Assembly (NCBI GenBank): GCA_029775855.1
Contig: JARVJZ010000002.1
Span: forward strand, 1 to 64,000
Length of the DNA stretch: 64,000 nt
DNA from: Nitrososphaeria archaeon
Lineage (GTDB): Archaea > Thermoproteota > Nitrososphaeria > Nitrososphaerales > JAAOZN01
Reading direction: 5' to 3'
Made by a program: the position numbers and the translations under genes. The notes under the pieces are model-generated. The model saw nothing but the letters and a program-made list of their open reading frames with translations. It did not search any database and was not told the DNA's origin. Each line of letters begins with the position of its first letter. The first letter of the stretch is position 1. Below, in pieces: positions 1 through 9,967 of this stretch.

Positions 1-132
1 TTCTCTATGTGAGATTCCGACTCTTTTTCTCGCTCCATTATATGGTTTTGGGTTTGATTTAAGGCTTTCTGCTGTTGGTTGTGGTGCTACCCCCCATCTT
101 GCACCACACTATATAAAGGGGTAGCGGTGAAG

Positions 133-846
133 CTATTTAAGCGCGTTTGGTTGGCTTAGCTTACTTAACCTTGAAGCCAACTCAGATTCCTCGGCTATCT
201 GTGATAACCCTAGTATGATCCTCTCACGCCTAGCTAAGTCTATGGCGAGCGGATCTACTGCTTTGGGTCCATGTAGTATAACCATTCTCGGCTTGAGCTG
301 CGAGACCCTTATAGCTACAAGTGGAGACCTACCTAAACCCACCTTCGTAAATACAAGCACACGCTCCGTCGTCGAGCCGAAGATTCTGTAGAAGCCGAAG
401 CCAGAAAGCGAGTAGATGGTCCTTATGCTGTCAAGCACAGTATAGCCGTAGATTCGCCAACTGAGCAGATCTGAGCCAGCCAAAACCTGAGCCTCCAACG
501 CCTCAATAACCCTCGATGCTTCAACCGGCTCCTCATACTCTTCTGAAACCAGAATCGGCTCACGCTCAACAGCAACATCCAACTGGTTAAGCGTAGTCAA
601 ATGCCCCCCCTCTCTACCTAACTCAAGAAGAGACTGCAGATACCTTTTAACGAAGGCCACACCAGGAGAAGGGCGCCTACCATTCTCATAATCGCTCAGC
701 ACAGAAGGGGAGATATTCATCTTCTTAGCAAGGTCTACTTGCCTAATATTCAGCCTCAGCCTCCAACTCTTTAACGCTGCAGCCGGTCTTTCACTCATAA
801 CTATAGAGCCAGCTATCCTTAATATAGTGTCATCCAGCCGCTCCAC
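133..846 (-). CDS. XRE-family HTH transcriptional regulator with C-terminal DRTGG-like domain (COG1709-like)
   Basis: N-terminal LKSWRLRLNIRQVDLAKKMNISPSVLSDYENGRR is a typical HTH_3 motif; C-terminal IYGYTVLDS...GRSPLVAIRV block. Confidence 0.75.
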   Translation of the reverse strand: MERLDDTILRIAGSIVMSERPAAALKSWRLRLNIRQVDLAKKMNISPSVLSDYENGRRPSPGVAFVKRYLQSLLELGREGGHLTTLNQLDVAVEREPILVSEEYEEPVEASRVIEALEAQVLAGSDLLSWRIYGYTVLDSIRTIYSLSGFGFYRIFGSTTERVLVFTKVGLGRSPLVAIRVSQLKPRMVILHGPKAVDPLAIDLARRERIILGLSQIAEESELASRLSKLSQPNALK

Positions 847-870
847 ACTTCGACTATCAACACACCCAAC

Positions 871-2355
871 TTATATGTCTGTCGAACCCCTCTTATTCAA
901 GAGGAGTGTCGGAAAAAAGAGCTTAGTCTCACCCTCCATCAAAGCGTCGACTTCGGCGCATCTAAACACTATAGGCAAGTTAACAGTCTGGCGCCCAACC
1001 GCTAAACAGTATCTTGGCGGTAGATGCTTAACCAAACTCTTCAAAGTCTCCCCATCCACCATACTCACCTTAGCTATAGCCTCAAGATCCCTCTCACTCG
1101 AAAAGTTAAAGAGAAAGATGTTATCCGCCTGCCTATAAACACACTCTTCTACAGCGTCAGGTTGATTTGTAATAAATGTGGTAAACAAACCTAAATGCCT
1201 CATCCTAGTCACAATATCCTCCCAATAAGTCTCCCGTAAATATAAGTGCGCCTCCTCAGCGAAAAGAAAGCAAGGAGGTATCCTCCCCTGCTCCAAGAGC
1301 TGAGTCAGCTTAGAGAGCAGAAACTCTACAACTATCCTCCTCAGAATAGGTGAGCATCTGTTCAAGACAACTATGAGAGCACCACCGTCTTCAATCTTAC
1401 TGAAAAGTGTTTCAACTTTACTCGCCTCATCCAAATCCGTTGCGATAAAACCAGTTGACGCTAAGGTTAGTAGCCTTGATAGCAGAGCGTCTTTAATGTG
1501 TTCATTTACTCTTCTGCTCGATATTGCTTCTATCAGCGTTGATAAGGTGAGCCTCCCATATTCAACCAGCTCATCCCAGATCCTCAGCAGCTCCCTTAGT
1601 GAAGTTGTTGGGAGATCTAAAGCGTGGCAGAGTATATCAGATATACCCTTCTTACCTATATAGTCCAGTGTGAATCTTAGGTTTCTGGTAGGCTCAAGCC
1701 TCATAATCCTATTACATATTGGTGAAGGCGTGCCATCAGAGTGATACCCTATTCCCTTGTATTCATCATTTATGTCCAGCACAACTACCTTCGCGTGGTG
1801 CTGAACCAGCTCCTTTACAAGAAGCTTTGCCAGATGTGATTTCCCAGAACCCTTCTTCCCAGTTATTATCGTTAAAGCGCCGTCAAGAGATTCTAAAGGT
1901 ATGTAAAAAGGAGACTGCTGACCAACCCTACCCAAATAAATAAGCCTACTCGAAGGTTGGCGAATCAATTCAAGCATCCTATCCAAAGGCATAAACTCAA
2001 CTTTAGATGACACACGAGAAGGCAAATGCTCAATACCAGGAGTAAATGAACCAGACTTCATAGAACCTCTGATCTTACATCTAAGCATAACAAGGTCTCT
2101 AACTATGTTAGAAAGTGGGGTGAAGCTTGAGACCTCCTCATCAACTTGAACATCCTCCTTCAAAACTTCTTCTCGGATAGCATCCATAAGCGAACTTTCA
2201 ACATTCAAATAGGTTTCTTCAACCACTTGAACCAATAAAGCTGAACCTAAATCATCCCAGATCAGCAAGAAGTCACCTACACTTATGTCTAGAGGTCTTC
2301 TGCTTAAGAGGTGCATTTCGTCACCACATTTTTCTAAAATCTTCATCAGACACAC
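871..2355 (-). CDS. herA: HerA/FtsK-family ATPase
   Basis: N-terminal HAS-barrel-like region, Walker A ITGKKGSGKS, VLDINDEY, Walker B FLFAEEAH, MRHLG, ITNQP; abuts the nurA-like gene. Confidence 0.8.
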   Translation of the reverse strand: MCLMKILEKCGDEMHLLSRRPLDISVGDFLLIWDDLGSALLVQVVEETYLNVESSLMDAIREEVLKEDVQVDEEVSSFTPLSNIVRDLVMLRCKIRGSMKSGSFTPGIEHLPSRVSSKVEFMPLDRMLELIRQPSSRLIYLGRVGQQSPFYIPLESLDGALTIITGKKGSGKSHLAKLLVKELVQHHAKVVVLDINDEYKGIGYHSDGTPSPICNRIMRLEPTRNLRFTLDYIGKKGISDILCHALDLPTTSLRELLRIWDELVEYGRLTLSTLIEAISSRRVNEHIKDALLSRLLTLASTGFIATDLDEASKVETLFSKIEDGGALIVVLNRCSPILRRIVVEFLLSKLTQLLEQGRIPPCFLFAEEAHLYLRETYWEDIVTRMRHLGLFTTFITNQPDAVEECVYRQADNIFLFNFSSERDLEAIAKVSMVDGETLKSLVKHLPPRYCLAVGRQTVNLPIVFRCAEVDALMEGETKLFFPTLLLNKRGSTDI

Positions 2356-3300
2356 CTACCTACTACGTTTTAATGAGCCTAAGAGAAGGGCCCTTCTCCC
2401 TCCTAGCTCAATTATGGGAGCTTCGACGCGCTTTGTAGCAACCTTAAGCGTCAAGACCTCTAACCTAGTGAAGACGGTAAGGTGATGAGCCAGCCTTAGG
2501 GACTCAGGATATCCTCTATAGTATCGATCTGAGGTGATTAGATCGGCGAAGACATCCTCAGCCTTTCTCCGAGAGATTAAATCTACTCTTAGCGTCAAAC
2601 CTTGCTCAGCTAAGCGAGCTACATAGACCCCACTCTCCCCATCTAAACCAGAGAAGCTGAGTTGGGATGCATAGATGAACCAAGGCGTGTCTGGTATAGC
2701 GTAGCCCCCAGATAACAACGCTACTATAGGAGGTAAGCGGCTATCTTTTGAAAACCCTACCAGATCTACCTCTCTGGATAAAGCCTCCGAAACCAACTTG
2801 CGTTTAAACTCCCTGAAGGGGCTGCCTAGAGGCTCATCTAGCACACCGTCTACAAGAATCATCTCGCTCTGCTGCTCCTCTAAGAGCCTCTTTATAATAC
2901 ACATCTCTAAGGCGCCTCTAACTACGCTTTCCACACGCTCTTGCGTGAAACTCTGCCCAACCACCGCATCTAAGTTGCTGAACTCTCGAACTATAGGGCT
3001 GCTTCTTATGCACAAGTATCCACCTTGAGGTTTATGTGTTATTACAGTGGCTCTTGCAGCAAGAGTAAGGTTGCTTGATGTCGCATTTAGGGTTATGCAA
3101 GTAGAATCTATGCTTGCGATTTTAAGAGGATTACCTAAGTTGCAAGGTATTTTAGTGGGTTGCACGCTATGGTTTAGTTGAGCTCGTTGTTCAAATGCAC
3201 TTGCTTCGGCTTTTGTGATGAGCTCCTCTAACAGCACTCTTAGGTCTTTTAGGAGCGTGGTTGAAGTAAGGTTTAATTGGTTGTTCATCTTGAGCAACAA
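2356..3300 (-). CDS. nurA: NurA-family nuclease (divergent)
   Basis: SIDST, ILVDG, VGFSKDSRL and GYPESLRLAHH motifs of the NurA RNase H-like fold; directly upstream of herA; exact start uncertain. Confidence 0.7.
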   Translation of the reverse strand: MLLKMNNQLNLTSTTLLKDLRVLLEELITKAEASAFEQRAQLNHSVQPTKIPCNLGNPLKIASIDSTCITLNATSSNLTLAARATVITHKPQGGYLCIRSSPIVREFSNLDAVVGQSFTQERVESVVRGALEMCIIKRLLEEQQSEMILVDGVLDEPLGSPFREFKRKLVSEALSREVDLVGFSKDSRLPPIVALLSGGYAIPDTPWFIYASQLSFSGLDGESGVYVARLAEQGLTLRVDLISRRKAEDVFADLITSDRYYRGYPESLRLAHHLTVFTRLEVLTLKVATKRVEAPIIELGGRRALLLGSLKRSR

Positions 3301-3369
3301 TAGTTAGGTTCAGTAGGGAATATAAATGTTGCGCAACTTGAACAACATACAACAACAAGATGGTGAAAA

Positions 3370-3753
3370 TTGAGCGAAGAGCAAAAAAAGATAACCGTAA
3401 AACTAAGAAAAGGAGGCTGGGAAGTAGAGATAACATGCTCAGTAGACGAAGTAGAAAAAACCGTGAAAGCAGTACTATCAAGCATACCGGAAGCAGCCAT
3501 CCAAACAGAGACACTACATCAAGAAAAAAGAGGCGCCGTAACCTGCAAATCCATAATAGAGGGGCTTTGGCGCGAAGGCTACTTCCTAGAAGAGCGGACA
3601 CTATCAGATGTAGATCTGGAGTTAAGCAGAAGAGGCTACCATTATGATAAGACAGCGGTATCCCACACCTTAACAGACCTTGTTAGGGAAGGTATCCTAA
3701 CAAGGCTTGGAAACATGCGCAACTATCGTTATGTCCAGAAGAAGCCGCCTTAG
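3370..3753 (+). CDS. small protein with C-terminal winged-helix domain
   Basis: LWREGYFLEERTLSDVDLELSRRGYHYDKTAVSHTLTDLVREGILTR resembles a wHTH; divergent from nurA. Confidence 0.6.
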   Translation: MSEEQKKITVKLRKGGWEVEITCSVDEVEKTVKAVLSSIPEAAIQTETLHQEKRGAVTCKSIIEGLWREGYFLEERTLSDVDLELSRRGYHYDKTAVSHTLTDLVREGILTRLGNMRNYRYVQKKPP

Positions 3754-3759
3754 TGTTGT

Positions 3760-4620
3760 TTAACCCCTTTTCTTACTTGAAGCAGGTCTGCAGACTACGA
3801 TAGGGTAATGAGGGATAGATTCAAGCATACTCCAGCTTATTTCTGTAAGCCCCACGCTGAATCTATCTGAAGCGTCCCAAGCTGTTCTACCAGCACCAGA
3901 GCCCCTTATGTGATGAGCAGCCTCAGCCAACCTAAGAGCTTCTTCTGAACACAACAAAGAGCCCCATAAAGCTAAGGGTGTAGCAGTAGCTCTGGCTTTA
4001 ACCATTCTGCATAGCACATATGTTAAAAAGCCCCCAAAACCGTGTATATTTCTAATATAGGTTCTTCTTGGTGATAGGTGTAGCGAGCCTATAGTGTATG
4101 TCATATCTGTATCAACTATCATGACTGAAACACCTCTAATCCCTTTCGCCTCAAGATAACGCCCAATCTTCTCCGCTTCGCCCTTTGGATCTGGTAGAGG
4201 CAAGCAAGCATATGAGTAAGGTAAGTTGCTTACATCTATCCCCCCTTCAGAGCCATGCCGCAAAGCTTGAAGCAAACCAGCGTAGGATAAAGCAAGTTGT
4301 TTATGTTTAGCGCCTTCTACCTTCGGATACGCTCTCAACCTTAGGAGCGTTTTAGGTTTTAGGTGGCAGATGTAGCCAAGAAAGTATCCCCAGATTACTC
4401 TCATCCAGAAGGAGGCTATAAAATGTGCAGATGTAGTAGGCTGAATTTTGCTTTCATCAACGATAAGACCTTTAGCAGTAGATATGGCTTTCTCAGAGAT
4501 GACGATAACATCCCCTTCCTTCACAACCCCCTTCACACCTTTCAATATAGCGCTTAAGTAATCTTTGCTAGGTCTCCAATATTCTGTCCTAATAGGCTTA
4601 AAGAGCCAACGCTTGCTCAA
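3760..4620 (-). CDS. CofE-fold (F420-0:gamma-glutamyl ligase-like) protein, divergent paralog
   Basis: GDVIVISEKAISTAKG, GGIDVSNLP, PLPDP, VMIVDTD, AEAAHHIRGSG, YPIVVCR; overlaps the mfnE-like stop codon by 4 nt. Confidence 0.7.
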   Translation of the reverse strand: MSKRWLFKPIRTEYWRPSKDYLSAILKGVKGVVKEGDVIVISEKAISTAKGLIVDESKIQPTTSAHFIASFWMRVIWGYFLGYICHLKPKTLLRLRAYPKVEGAKHKQLALSYAGLLQALRHGSEGGIDVSNLPYSYACLPLPDPKGEAEKIGRYLEAKGIRGVSVMIVDTDMTYTIGSLHLSPRRTYIRNIHGFGGFLTYVLCRMVKARATATPLALWGSLLCSEEALRLAEAAHHIRGSGAGRTAWDASDRFSVGLTEISWSMLESIPHYPIVVCRPASSKKRG

Positions 4621-5276
4621 GGGCTGACCCTAGTTCCAGTAGCCTTACCCTTGCTCAGAAGGCTTTTGAATCGCCAGTATTTTAGACCGTTCAGAACCCA
4701 GCAAATAAGGTTAAATCGTTTAACATAGCTAGATAGATTACTGTCTACACAACCGTAGCCAGATAATTCATCTGCGCGAACTTCTCTTATGAGAGAAGCT
4801 TCAGCGACCTTCTTAGGATCGTCTGTGAAAACCCCATCTACATCCTTAAGTAGTGTGAGAAGACTACAACCACACCTACCAGCTACATAGGCAGCTATAG
4901 AGTCTGATGTGACACTCCAGCTGGGCTCAAGAAAATCATCAAACAACATTTCACGCGATGGTAGGTAAATGCAAAGAACCCCTTTAGATGCAAGTGTCTT
5001 CGCTTCAATCAAGCTATATGTATACTTGCATTCTTGAACAAAACTGCTTAGCAGAAGCCCATACTGATCCATAGCGAGAATAGCCATTCTATGCGCAGTT
5101 AAGTCGTTTAAATGATAATTTAAAGCAGCCTCTCTAACCTTATCCGCAAAGCTTCCTCCCCCGGGCACAACTATCAAATTATGCTCGTTGGATAATTCTG
5201 CTAAAGTGTGCATCAGTTTACTGAGTTTAACTCTATAAGGTTCTAGACTTCCACCAACTTTTACAACTACATGCAA
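4617..5276 (-). CDS. mfnE: amino-acid-kinase family protein, MfnE/Orf21-like furan-phosphate kinase
   Basis: VVVKVGGSL, VPGGGSFADKVRE, AHRMAILAMDQYG, SWSVTSDSIAA, LKDVDGV; methanofuran gene context. Confidence 0.75.
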   Translation of the reverse strand: MHVVVKVGGSLEPYRVKLSKLMHTLAELSNEHNLIVVPGGGSFADKVREAALNYHLNDLTAHRMAILAMDQYGLLLSSFVQECKYTYSLIEAKTLASKGVLCIYLPSREMLFDDFLEPSWSVTSDSIAAYVAGRCGCSLLTLLKDVDGVFTDDPKKVAEASLIREVRADELSGYGCVDSNLSSYVKRFNLICWVLNGLKYWRFKSLLSKGKATGTRVSP

Positions 5277-6334
5277 AGGTTTCCATCACCAACTAACTTA
5301 GATGCAGCGAGCCAAGCTAATGCTACAGCGGTTTCAGGTATATTTGGGTTTATAGATATGAGGTCTGACATCTCGTGAGGCTTAAGTTTAAGTTTAACAG
5401 CCGCTGGTTTGGCTAAAAAGCGCCTACCTATGCCTAGAGTTAAACATTTCTTAACTCGCCCCTTCACTTCTATCCTTGAGATGACTTTCTTGAGCGCCTC
5501 TGTGATCTGTTTTAACTGCAGACGGTATAGATAGGTAGCCATCTTATCTAGTGTCGTTTTGTTCAACATATCTATGTCTGCACATACGATTCTAGCAAGC
5601 CTAGCATAAGCTTCCTCTACACTCTTTCCCCTTCCGTCTGCAGTTTCAACCGTAAACTCTTCTCCGCCAATATGTTTTAGGATCAGATGTATGTCGCCCG
5701 TTGAGGCGAAGTATTCTGCTGAGACTGGGGTTAGTATGCCGTTTACTGGCACCCTCTTAGCTAAAGAGGCTAAGTTTGTTCGAAGCGCACCAGTATACAC
5801 TAGTTCACCGTTTTGTAGACGCTCTAGGTCGGTTCTACCTTTTGCTGCAACTTTTCCTCCTAATATGGGTATGATGTCTGTTGTCGTGCTTCCGACATCT
5901 ATCATTATGCAGTTCTTAAGGAGCTTACCCGCCATCCAAGCGGTTGCAAGCCAGTTAGCTCCCGCCACTTCAAGAAACGATTTGATGGCTTCATCTACGC
6001 CTATAAGGTTTCCTTGGTTGTTCAGAACATATACCTCCTTCTTTTGATAGGTTTTAACTGCGCAATGTAAGATATGCTCAACACCTTCACGCTTAGTCCG
6101 GTATACATCTGAGAGCTCCGCAGTCATGGTTAACGCTACAGCATCATACTCTGCACCAATAGTCTTGTTTACTTGATTGAGCGCCTCTACAAGCCTTTCC
6201 TTCCCTAGCTTCCAAATTGGAAAGTAGTGTGTGCACGCTGCTGTGAATCTGTGTACTTCACCAGCTTTGACCGCTGCGGCCTTAATATTTACTCCTCCGA
6301 TGTCAAGCGCTAAGATCATCAAAGTTGACATCAA
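5267..6334 (-). CDS. mfnF: hydantoinase A-family protein, MfnF/Orf9-like
   Basis: ALDIGGVNIK, ALTMTAELSD, GANWLAT, IDVGSTTTDIIPI, ELVYTGALRT, SAEYFA, ARLARIVCAD; true start probably ATG at 6319. Confidence 0.85.
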   Translation of the reverse strand: MMSTLMILALDIGGVNIKAAAVKAGEVHRFTAACTHYFPIWKLGKERLVEALNQVNKTIGAEYDAVALTMTAELSDVYRTKREGVEHILHCAVKTYQKKEVYVLNNQGNLIGVDEAIKSFLEVAGANWLATAWMAGKLLKNCIMIDVGSTTTDIIPILGGKVAAKGRTDLERLQNGELVYTGALRTNLASLAKRVPVNGILTPVSAEYFASTGDIHLILKHIGGEEFTVETADGRGKSVEEAYARLARIVCADIDMLNKTTLDKMATYLYRLQLKQITEALKKVISRIEVKGRVKKCLTLGIGRRFLAKPAAVKLKLKPHEMSDLISINPNIPETAVALAWLAASKLVGDGNLCM

Positions 6335-7496
6335 CCTTGGCTTGGAACAGATTTATGTCGGCCTTGAGTTGTTGAAGTGAGTTTTCATAGCTGTCTCCTT
6401 TAGCCATGAGGAAGCAGCGTTTACCATTTCGCTTAATTGGGCTGCAGAGCACTTTAGCGTGTTCTACCTTGGATTGAGGTGGGAGGGTTGCTTTTATGAA
6501 GCTGACATAACCTTTTAATCTTAGAGGCGAGTTAGCGCTTTTAGCTGCCATTTTAATCATCAGATTTGCTACTCCCCCTTCTAAAACGCGGCTTAAACCT
6601 ATGTAGGATACGGTTATGCGGGGATTCACTTCGAGCACTAGAGGCTTATCTGCTAAAACCAGATCTACACCTACATATCCTTTTAATCCTTTGAATGCGT
6701 TTACGGCTTTTAAGGCTGCTTCAAAAGCTTTTTTGGTTAATTGGTGAGGTAGTGGGACAACACCACCTAGGTAGGTTGAAGCTTGGTTAGGCGAACCTAC
6801 TTTTATAAACTGTCTGTTTAGTGAGAGTGGTATGATATTGTCTTCAGATACGATTAGGCTTACACTCGCCGCTAAGCCTTTGCACCACTTCTGCACCACA
6901 ATTTTGCCTTCGGGGCTTATTTGGCGAGCTTTCTTAAAAGCTGCTTCAAGAACCCCTTCTTGCTCTACAATGCTCAAACCTTCGCAGCCAGCTCCAACCG
7001 CAGGCTTAACAGCTACTGGATACCCAATCTCACTACAAAACGCCTTAATCTCAGATGCTCTGGCGTCTACTTCAAAACAAGCAGATTTAGGTGCCTCTAA
7101 ACCGACTTCAGCCAACCTCTTAGCAAACCTACATTTATCCGAAACCGCACGAATCGAATCTGGTGATGAGTTAAGGAATTCAGCAGAGCTTATCTGTTCT
7201 AAAAGGGTTGGTAGGATGTATTCGGGTGCGATTAGAAGAATGTAATCAACGCTTTGGGAAAGTAGTTTAAGATTGTGTTCAAATGCGCTGCCCTCAGCAG
7301 ACCACAGTACCTTTACTGAATAGAGCTCGGATAAGGATCTAAAACTCTGATGTAATATTGTTGAGACAGAGACACCTGTGGCTAGAAAGTCATCGATCGT
7401 TGATTTGAGCATCGCGTAGCCTTCAAGTAGAAGTTCATCATCCAAATATGGGACTGAGCCGCTAAAATATTCTGCTATGCCAACTCTCAACGGCAT
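6303..7496 (-). CDS. mfnD: ATP-grasp ligase, MfnD-like (tyramine-L-glutamate ligase)
   Basis: EGYAML, LIAPE, SDK, VKPAVGAGCEG, LSLNRQ, YLGGVVP, GYVGVDLV, LEVNPRITVSY. Confidence 0.75.
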   Translation of the reverse strand: MPLRVGIAEYFSGSVPYLDDELLLEGYAMLKSTIDDFLATGVSVSTILHQSFRSLSELYSVKVLWSAEGSAFEHNLKLLSQSVDYILLIAPEYILPTLLEQISSAEFLNSSPDSIRAVSDKCRFAKRLAEVGLEAPKSACFEVDARASEIKAFCSEIGYPVAVKPAVGAGCEGLSIVEQEGVLEAAFKKARQISPEGKIVVQKWCKGLAASVSLIVSEDNIIPLSLNRQFIKVGSPNQASTYLGGVVPLPHQLTKKAFEAALKAVNAFKGLKGYVGVDLVLADKPLVLEVNPRITVSYIGLSRVLEGGVANLMIKMAAKSANSPLRLKGYVSFIKATLPPQSKVEHAKVLCSPIKRNGKRCFLMAKGDSYENSLQQLKADINLFQAKVDVNFDDLSA

Positions 7497-7552
7497 CGCC
7501 TTAGCTTTAACATATATAGGCGTATTTTAAACATCCTCTAGCTCGCTTTGAT

Positions 7553-8284
7553 ATGAAGGTAATTCCCGTCATAGATATATTGGATGGGAAGGTTGTGCAC
7601 GCAGTGGCTGGTGAAAGGAGCCGCTACCAACCCATCAAAAGCGCAGTTGTTAATACACATGATCCTGTTGAAGTAGCTAGAGCGTTCAAAGAAAGACTTA
7701 AACGAGACACAATATATGTCGCTGATCTCGACGCCATTATAGGCTTGGGTGAAAACATAGACTTAGTGAAAAGAATAAAGCATTCCCTAAGTCTTACTGT
7801 AATGTTAGATGGCGGAGTAAGCAGTTTCGCTGAAGCCAATAGAATTATTCAGCAAGGTTTCGACTATTTGGTGCTGGGCATAGAAACGCTCCAAAGATTA
7901 GATGAGTTAAAGCAGATGATTAAATCACCTTTTGCAGAAAGAGTAATCACATCACTTGATGTAAAGGCTCAAAAAACCCTTTCAGAATGCGAGGAACTAA
8001 GGGGTTTAGACCCTATAGATGCTGCTAACATCTTATACCAAATCGGTGTAAAAAAGTTGATACTACTTGAGTTAGATAGAGTAGGCACATTAAAGGGACC
8101 GAACTTTAAACTCTTAGAGGAGTTATGTAGCACGCCCTTTAAAGAAGTCTTGGTTGGAGGAGGGGTTAGAAACAAACAAGACTTATTAAAATTAAAAGAA
8201 CTTAACATAAATGGGGTTCTTGTAGCAAGCGCGCTACACAACGGCGCTTTGAAGCTTGAAGATCTGCTTGATGTAGAAGATTAG
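7553..8284 (+). CDS. HisA/HisF-like TIM-barrel protein (Orf17-type, H4MPT-linked)
   Basis: VIPVIDILDGKVVHAVAGERSRYQP, IYVADLDAI, LELDRVGTLKGP, VGGGVR, LVASALH; sits in a C1 cluster rather than a his operon. Confidence 0.8.
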   Translation: MKVIPVIDILDGKVVHAVAGERSRYQPIKSAVVNTHDPVEVARAFKERLKRDTIYVADLDAIIGLGENIDLVKRIKHSLSLTVMLDGGVSSFAEANRIIQQGFDYLVLGIETLQRLDELKQMIKSPFAERVITSLDVKAQKTLSECEELRGLDPIDAANILYQIGVKKLILLELDRVGTLKGPNFKLLEELCSTPFKEVLVGGGVRNKQDLLKLKELNINGVLVASALHNGALKLEDLLDVED

Positions 8285-9048
8285 CAGCTTTGCAGGAAGA
8301 TGTCGCGCTCTCTTCTTTTTTTGAGAGGCGCTGAAGTTGCATTAGGTTCTATCTCAACTTCAACCCCTCTAACTAAAGCCACGGGAATTCGCTCATTCAG
8401 CTCACCCATGACGAGCGCCGCTGCTGAAGCAATCTCATCAGCTATAGCAACCTTCTTTAATCGAAGCGTGTAGCCGAATATATCCCTCTTACCCCTTAGA
8501 TCTTTAACTGGTTTAAACCCTGAGACACCTATAGCCACATTTATGTCGCCTTTTCTAAACGGTCGACCACAGGTGTCTGAAACGATGACGCCGAGGCGTT
8601 TACCACAAAGCCTCTCTAAAGATTCTCTAATTTTAAGGGCTGAGCGGTCAGGGTCTTCTGGGAGGAGTGTTGCAGCTCTACCCCCAGATACGTTAGAGAG
8701 GTCAACGCCTGAATAAGAGTAGATCCAGCCGTGATTGGTTTCAGTTATAAGATGCCCTCTAATCTTCTTAACAACAGTCTTACATTCTCTGAGCGCCAAT
8801 TCAACAAAGCGTGGATCTCTTCTGCCTGCTTTAGCTACCTCTATAGCTGTAGGGCTAGGCGTTACACTACTTAACTTAACCACTCTACCTTCGGCTTTAG
8901 AGACCACCTTTTGCGACACTACAAGCACATCTCCATCTTCAAAGTTGATACCTTGCTTGAGAGCACAGTCGTATATCACCGTCGGCAGATCGTCACCTTG
9001 CTTTATCTCAGGCATCCCTTCAATACCTATAATCTCTACACGCTTCAA
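8281..9048 (-). CDS. cofE: coenzyme F420-0:L-glutamate ligase
   Basis: GMPEIKQGDDL, VVSQKVVSKAEGR, SGVDLSNV, LPEDPDRSA, VSDTCGRPFRKG, ADEIASAAALVMGE, PVALVRG. Confidence 0.85.
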   Translation of the reverse strand: MKRVEIIGIEGMPEIKQGDDLPTVIYDCALKQGINFEDGDVLVVSQKVVSKAEGRVVKLSSVTPSPTAIEVAKAGRRDPRFVELALRECKTVVKKIRGHLITETNHGWIYSYSGVDLSNVSGGRAATLLPEDPDRSALKIRESLERLCGKRLGVIVSDTCGRPFRKGDINVAIGVSGFKPVKDLRGKRDIFGYTLRLKKVAIADEIASAAALVMGELNERIPVALVRGVEVEIEPNATSAPLKKRRERDIFLQSC

Positions 9049-9073
9049 CTTCTATACGCAACCTTATAGGAGA

Positions 9074-9955
9074 TTACATCTTTACTTTATTGATAATGTA
9101 TTTAGCTATCTCCTCAGCCACGTTAACTTGGCTTACAGACTGCAACCCTCTGAATCCCGGTTGGCTATTTATTTCAGTTATGTATCTTCCATTCTTTGAT
9201 TCTAGAATGTCTACACCAGCGACTGAGCATCCGAGTGTATCTGCAGCCTTTAACGCTAACTCTGTCTGCTCGCTTGAGAGAGTTATTGCCACGGGTTTAG
9301 CTCCTTGGCTTACGTTGGTCTTCCAGCTTCTTGCTTTCCTACACATGGCTGCAACAACTTTATCGCCTATAACGAATGCTCTTATGTCGCTTTTCCCGTG
9401 TGGTATATACTCTTGAAGGTATAGGACGAAGTGATGGTAGTGGAGTAGGTTAAAGATTCTTCTTGCAACTTCGTAGTCTGAAATTCTGGTTATACCCATG
9501 CCCCTTGAGCCGAAGATAGGTTTAAGAATAACATCTTCACCCAACTCAACAAAGGCTTCAAGTGCTGCCTCTGGGTCTTCGGTGACCACGGTCTTAGGAA
9601 CTGGGATACCAGTAGAGTTAAGTATTGAGAGGGCGTAATACTTGTCTACACAACGCTCTATTGCTCTAGGCGGATTTACTATGTAAAGACCAGCTTCACT
9701 CAGCCTATGTAAAGTGTCCACTCTATACAGAACTTCATCTAGTGAACCTCTCCCAATAGGTCTTACCAGCAGCGCATCTAAATGTCTGCTAAGATCAACT
9801 TTACCCCTCTTCTCCACAATAGGGTCAAAGGATATTCTTGAGACAAGATCCGTAAACCAGAAGCAGTCCACTTCAACACCTAATTTAGCAAACGCCTTCC
9901 GCAGCTGAGTTGAGCACCAAGCCTCGGGGTTTCGTGTTAATATGCCGACTCTCAA
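9074..9955 (-). CDS. RimK-family alpha-L-glutamate ligase (MptN/Orf5-like)
   Basis: LVRPIGRGSLDEVLYRVD, VDKY, LKPIFGSRGMG, YLQEYIPHGKSDIR, WKTNVSQG, EINSQPG; directly downstream of mch. Confidence 0.8.
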   Translation of the reverse strand: MRVGILTRNPEAWCSTQLRKAFAKLGVEVDCFWFTDLVSRISFDPIVEKRGKVDLSRHLDALLVRPIGRGSLDEVLYRVDTLHRLSEAGLYIVNPPRAIERCVDKYYALSILNSTGIPVPKTVVTEDPEAALEAFVELGEDVILKPIFGSRGMGITRISDYEVARRIFNLLHYHHFVLYLQEYIPHGKSDIRAFVIGDKVVAAMCRKARSWKTNVSQGAKPVAITLSSEQTELALKAADTLGCSVAGVDILESKNGRYITEINSQPGFRGLQSVSQVNVAEEIAKYIINKVKM

Positions 9956-9967
9956 AGGTTAAGCGCC

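Noticed and set aside
1-120. Possible minus-strand gene start with a TATA-like element at ~110-119
   Set aside because: Truncated by the window edge; two candidate frames and no recognisable motif.
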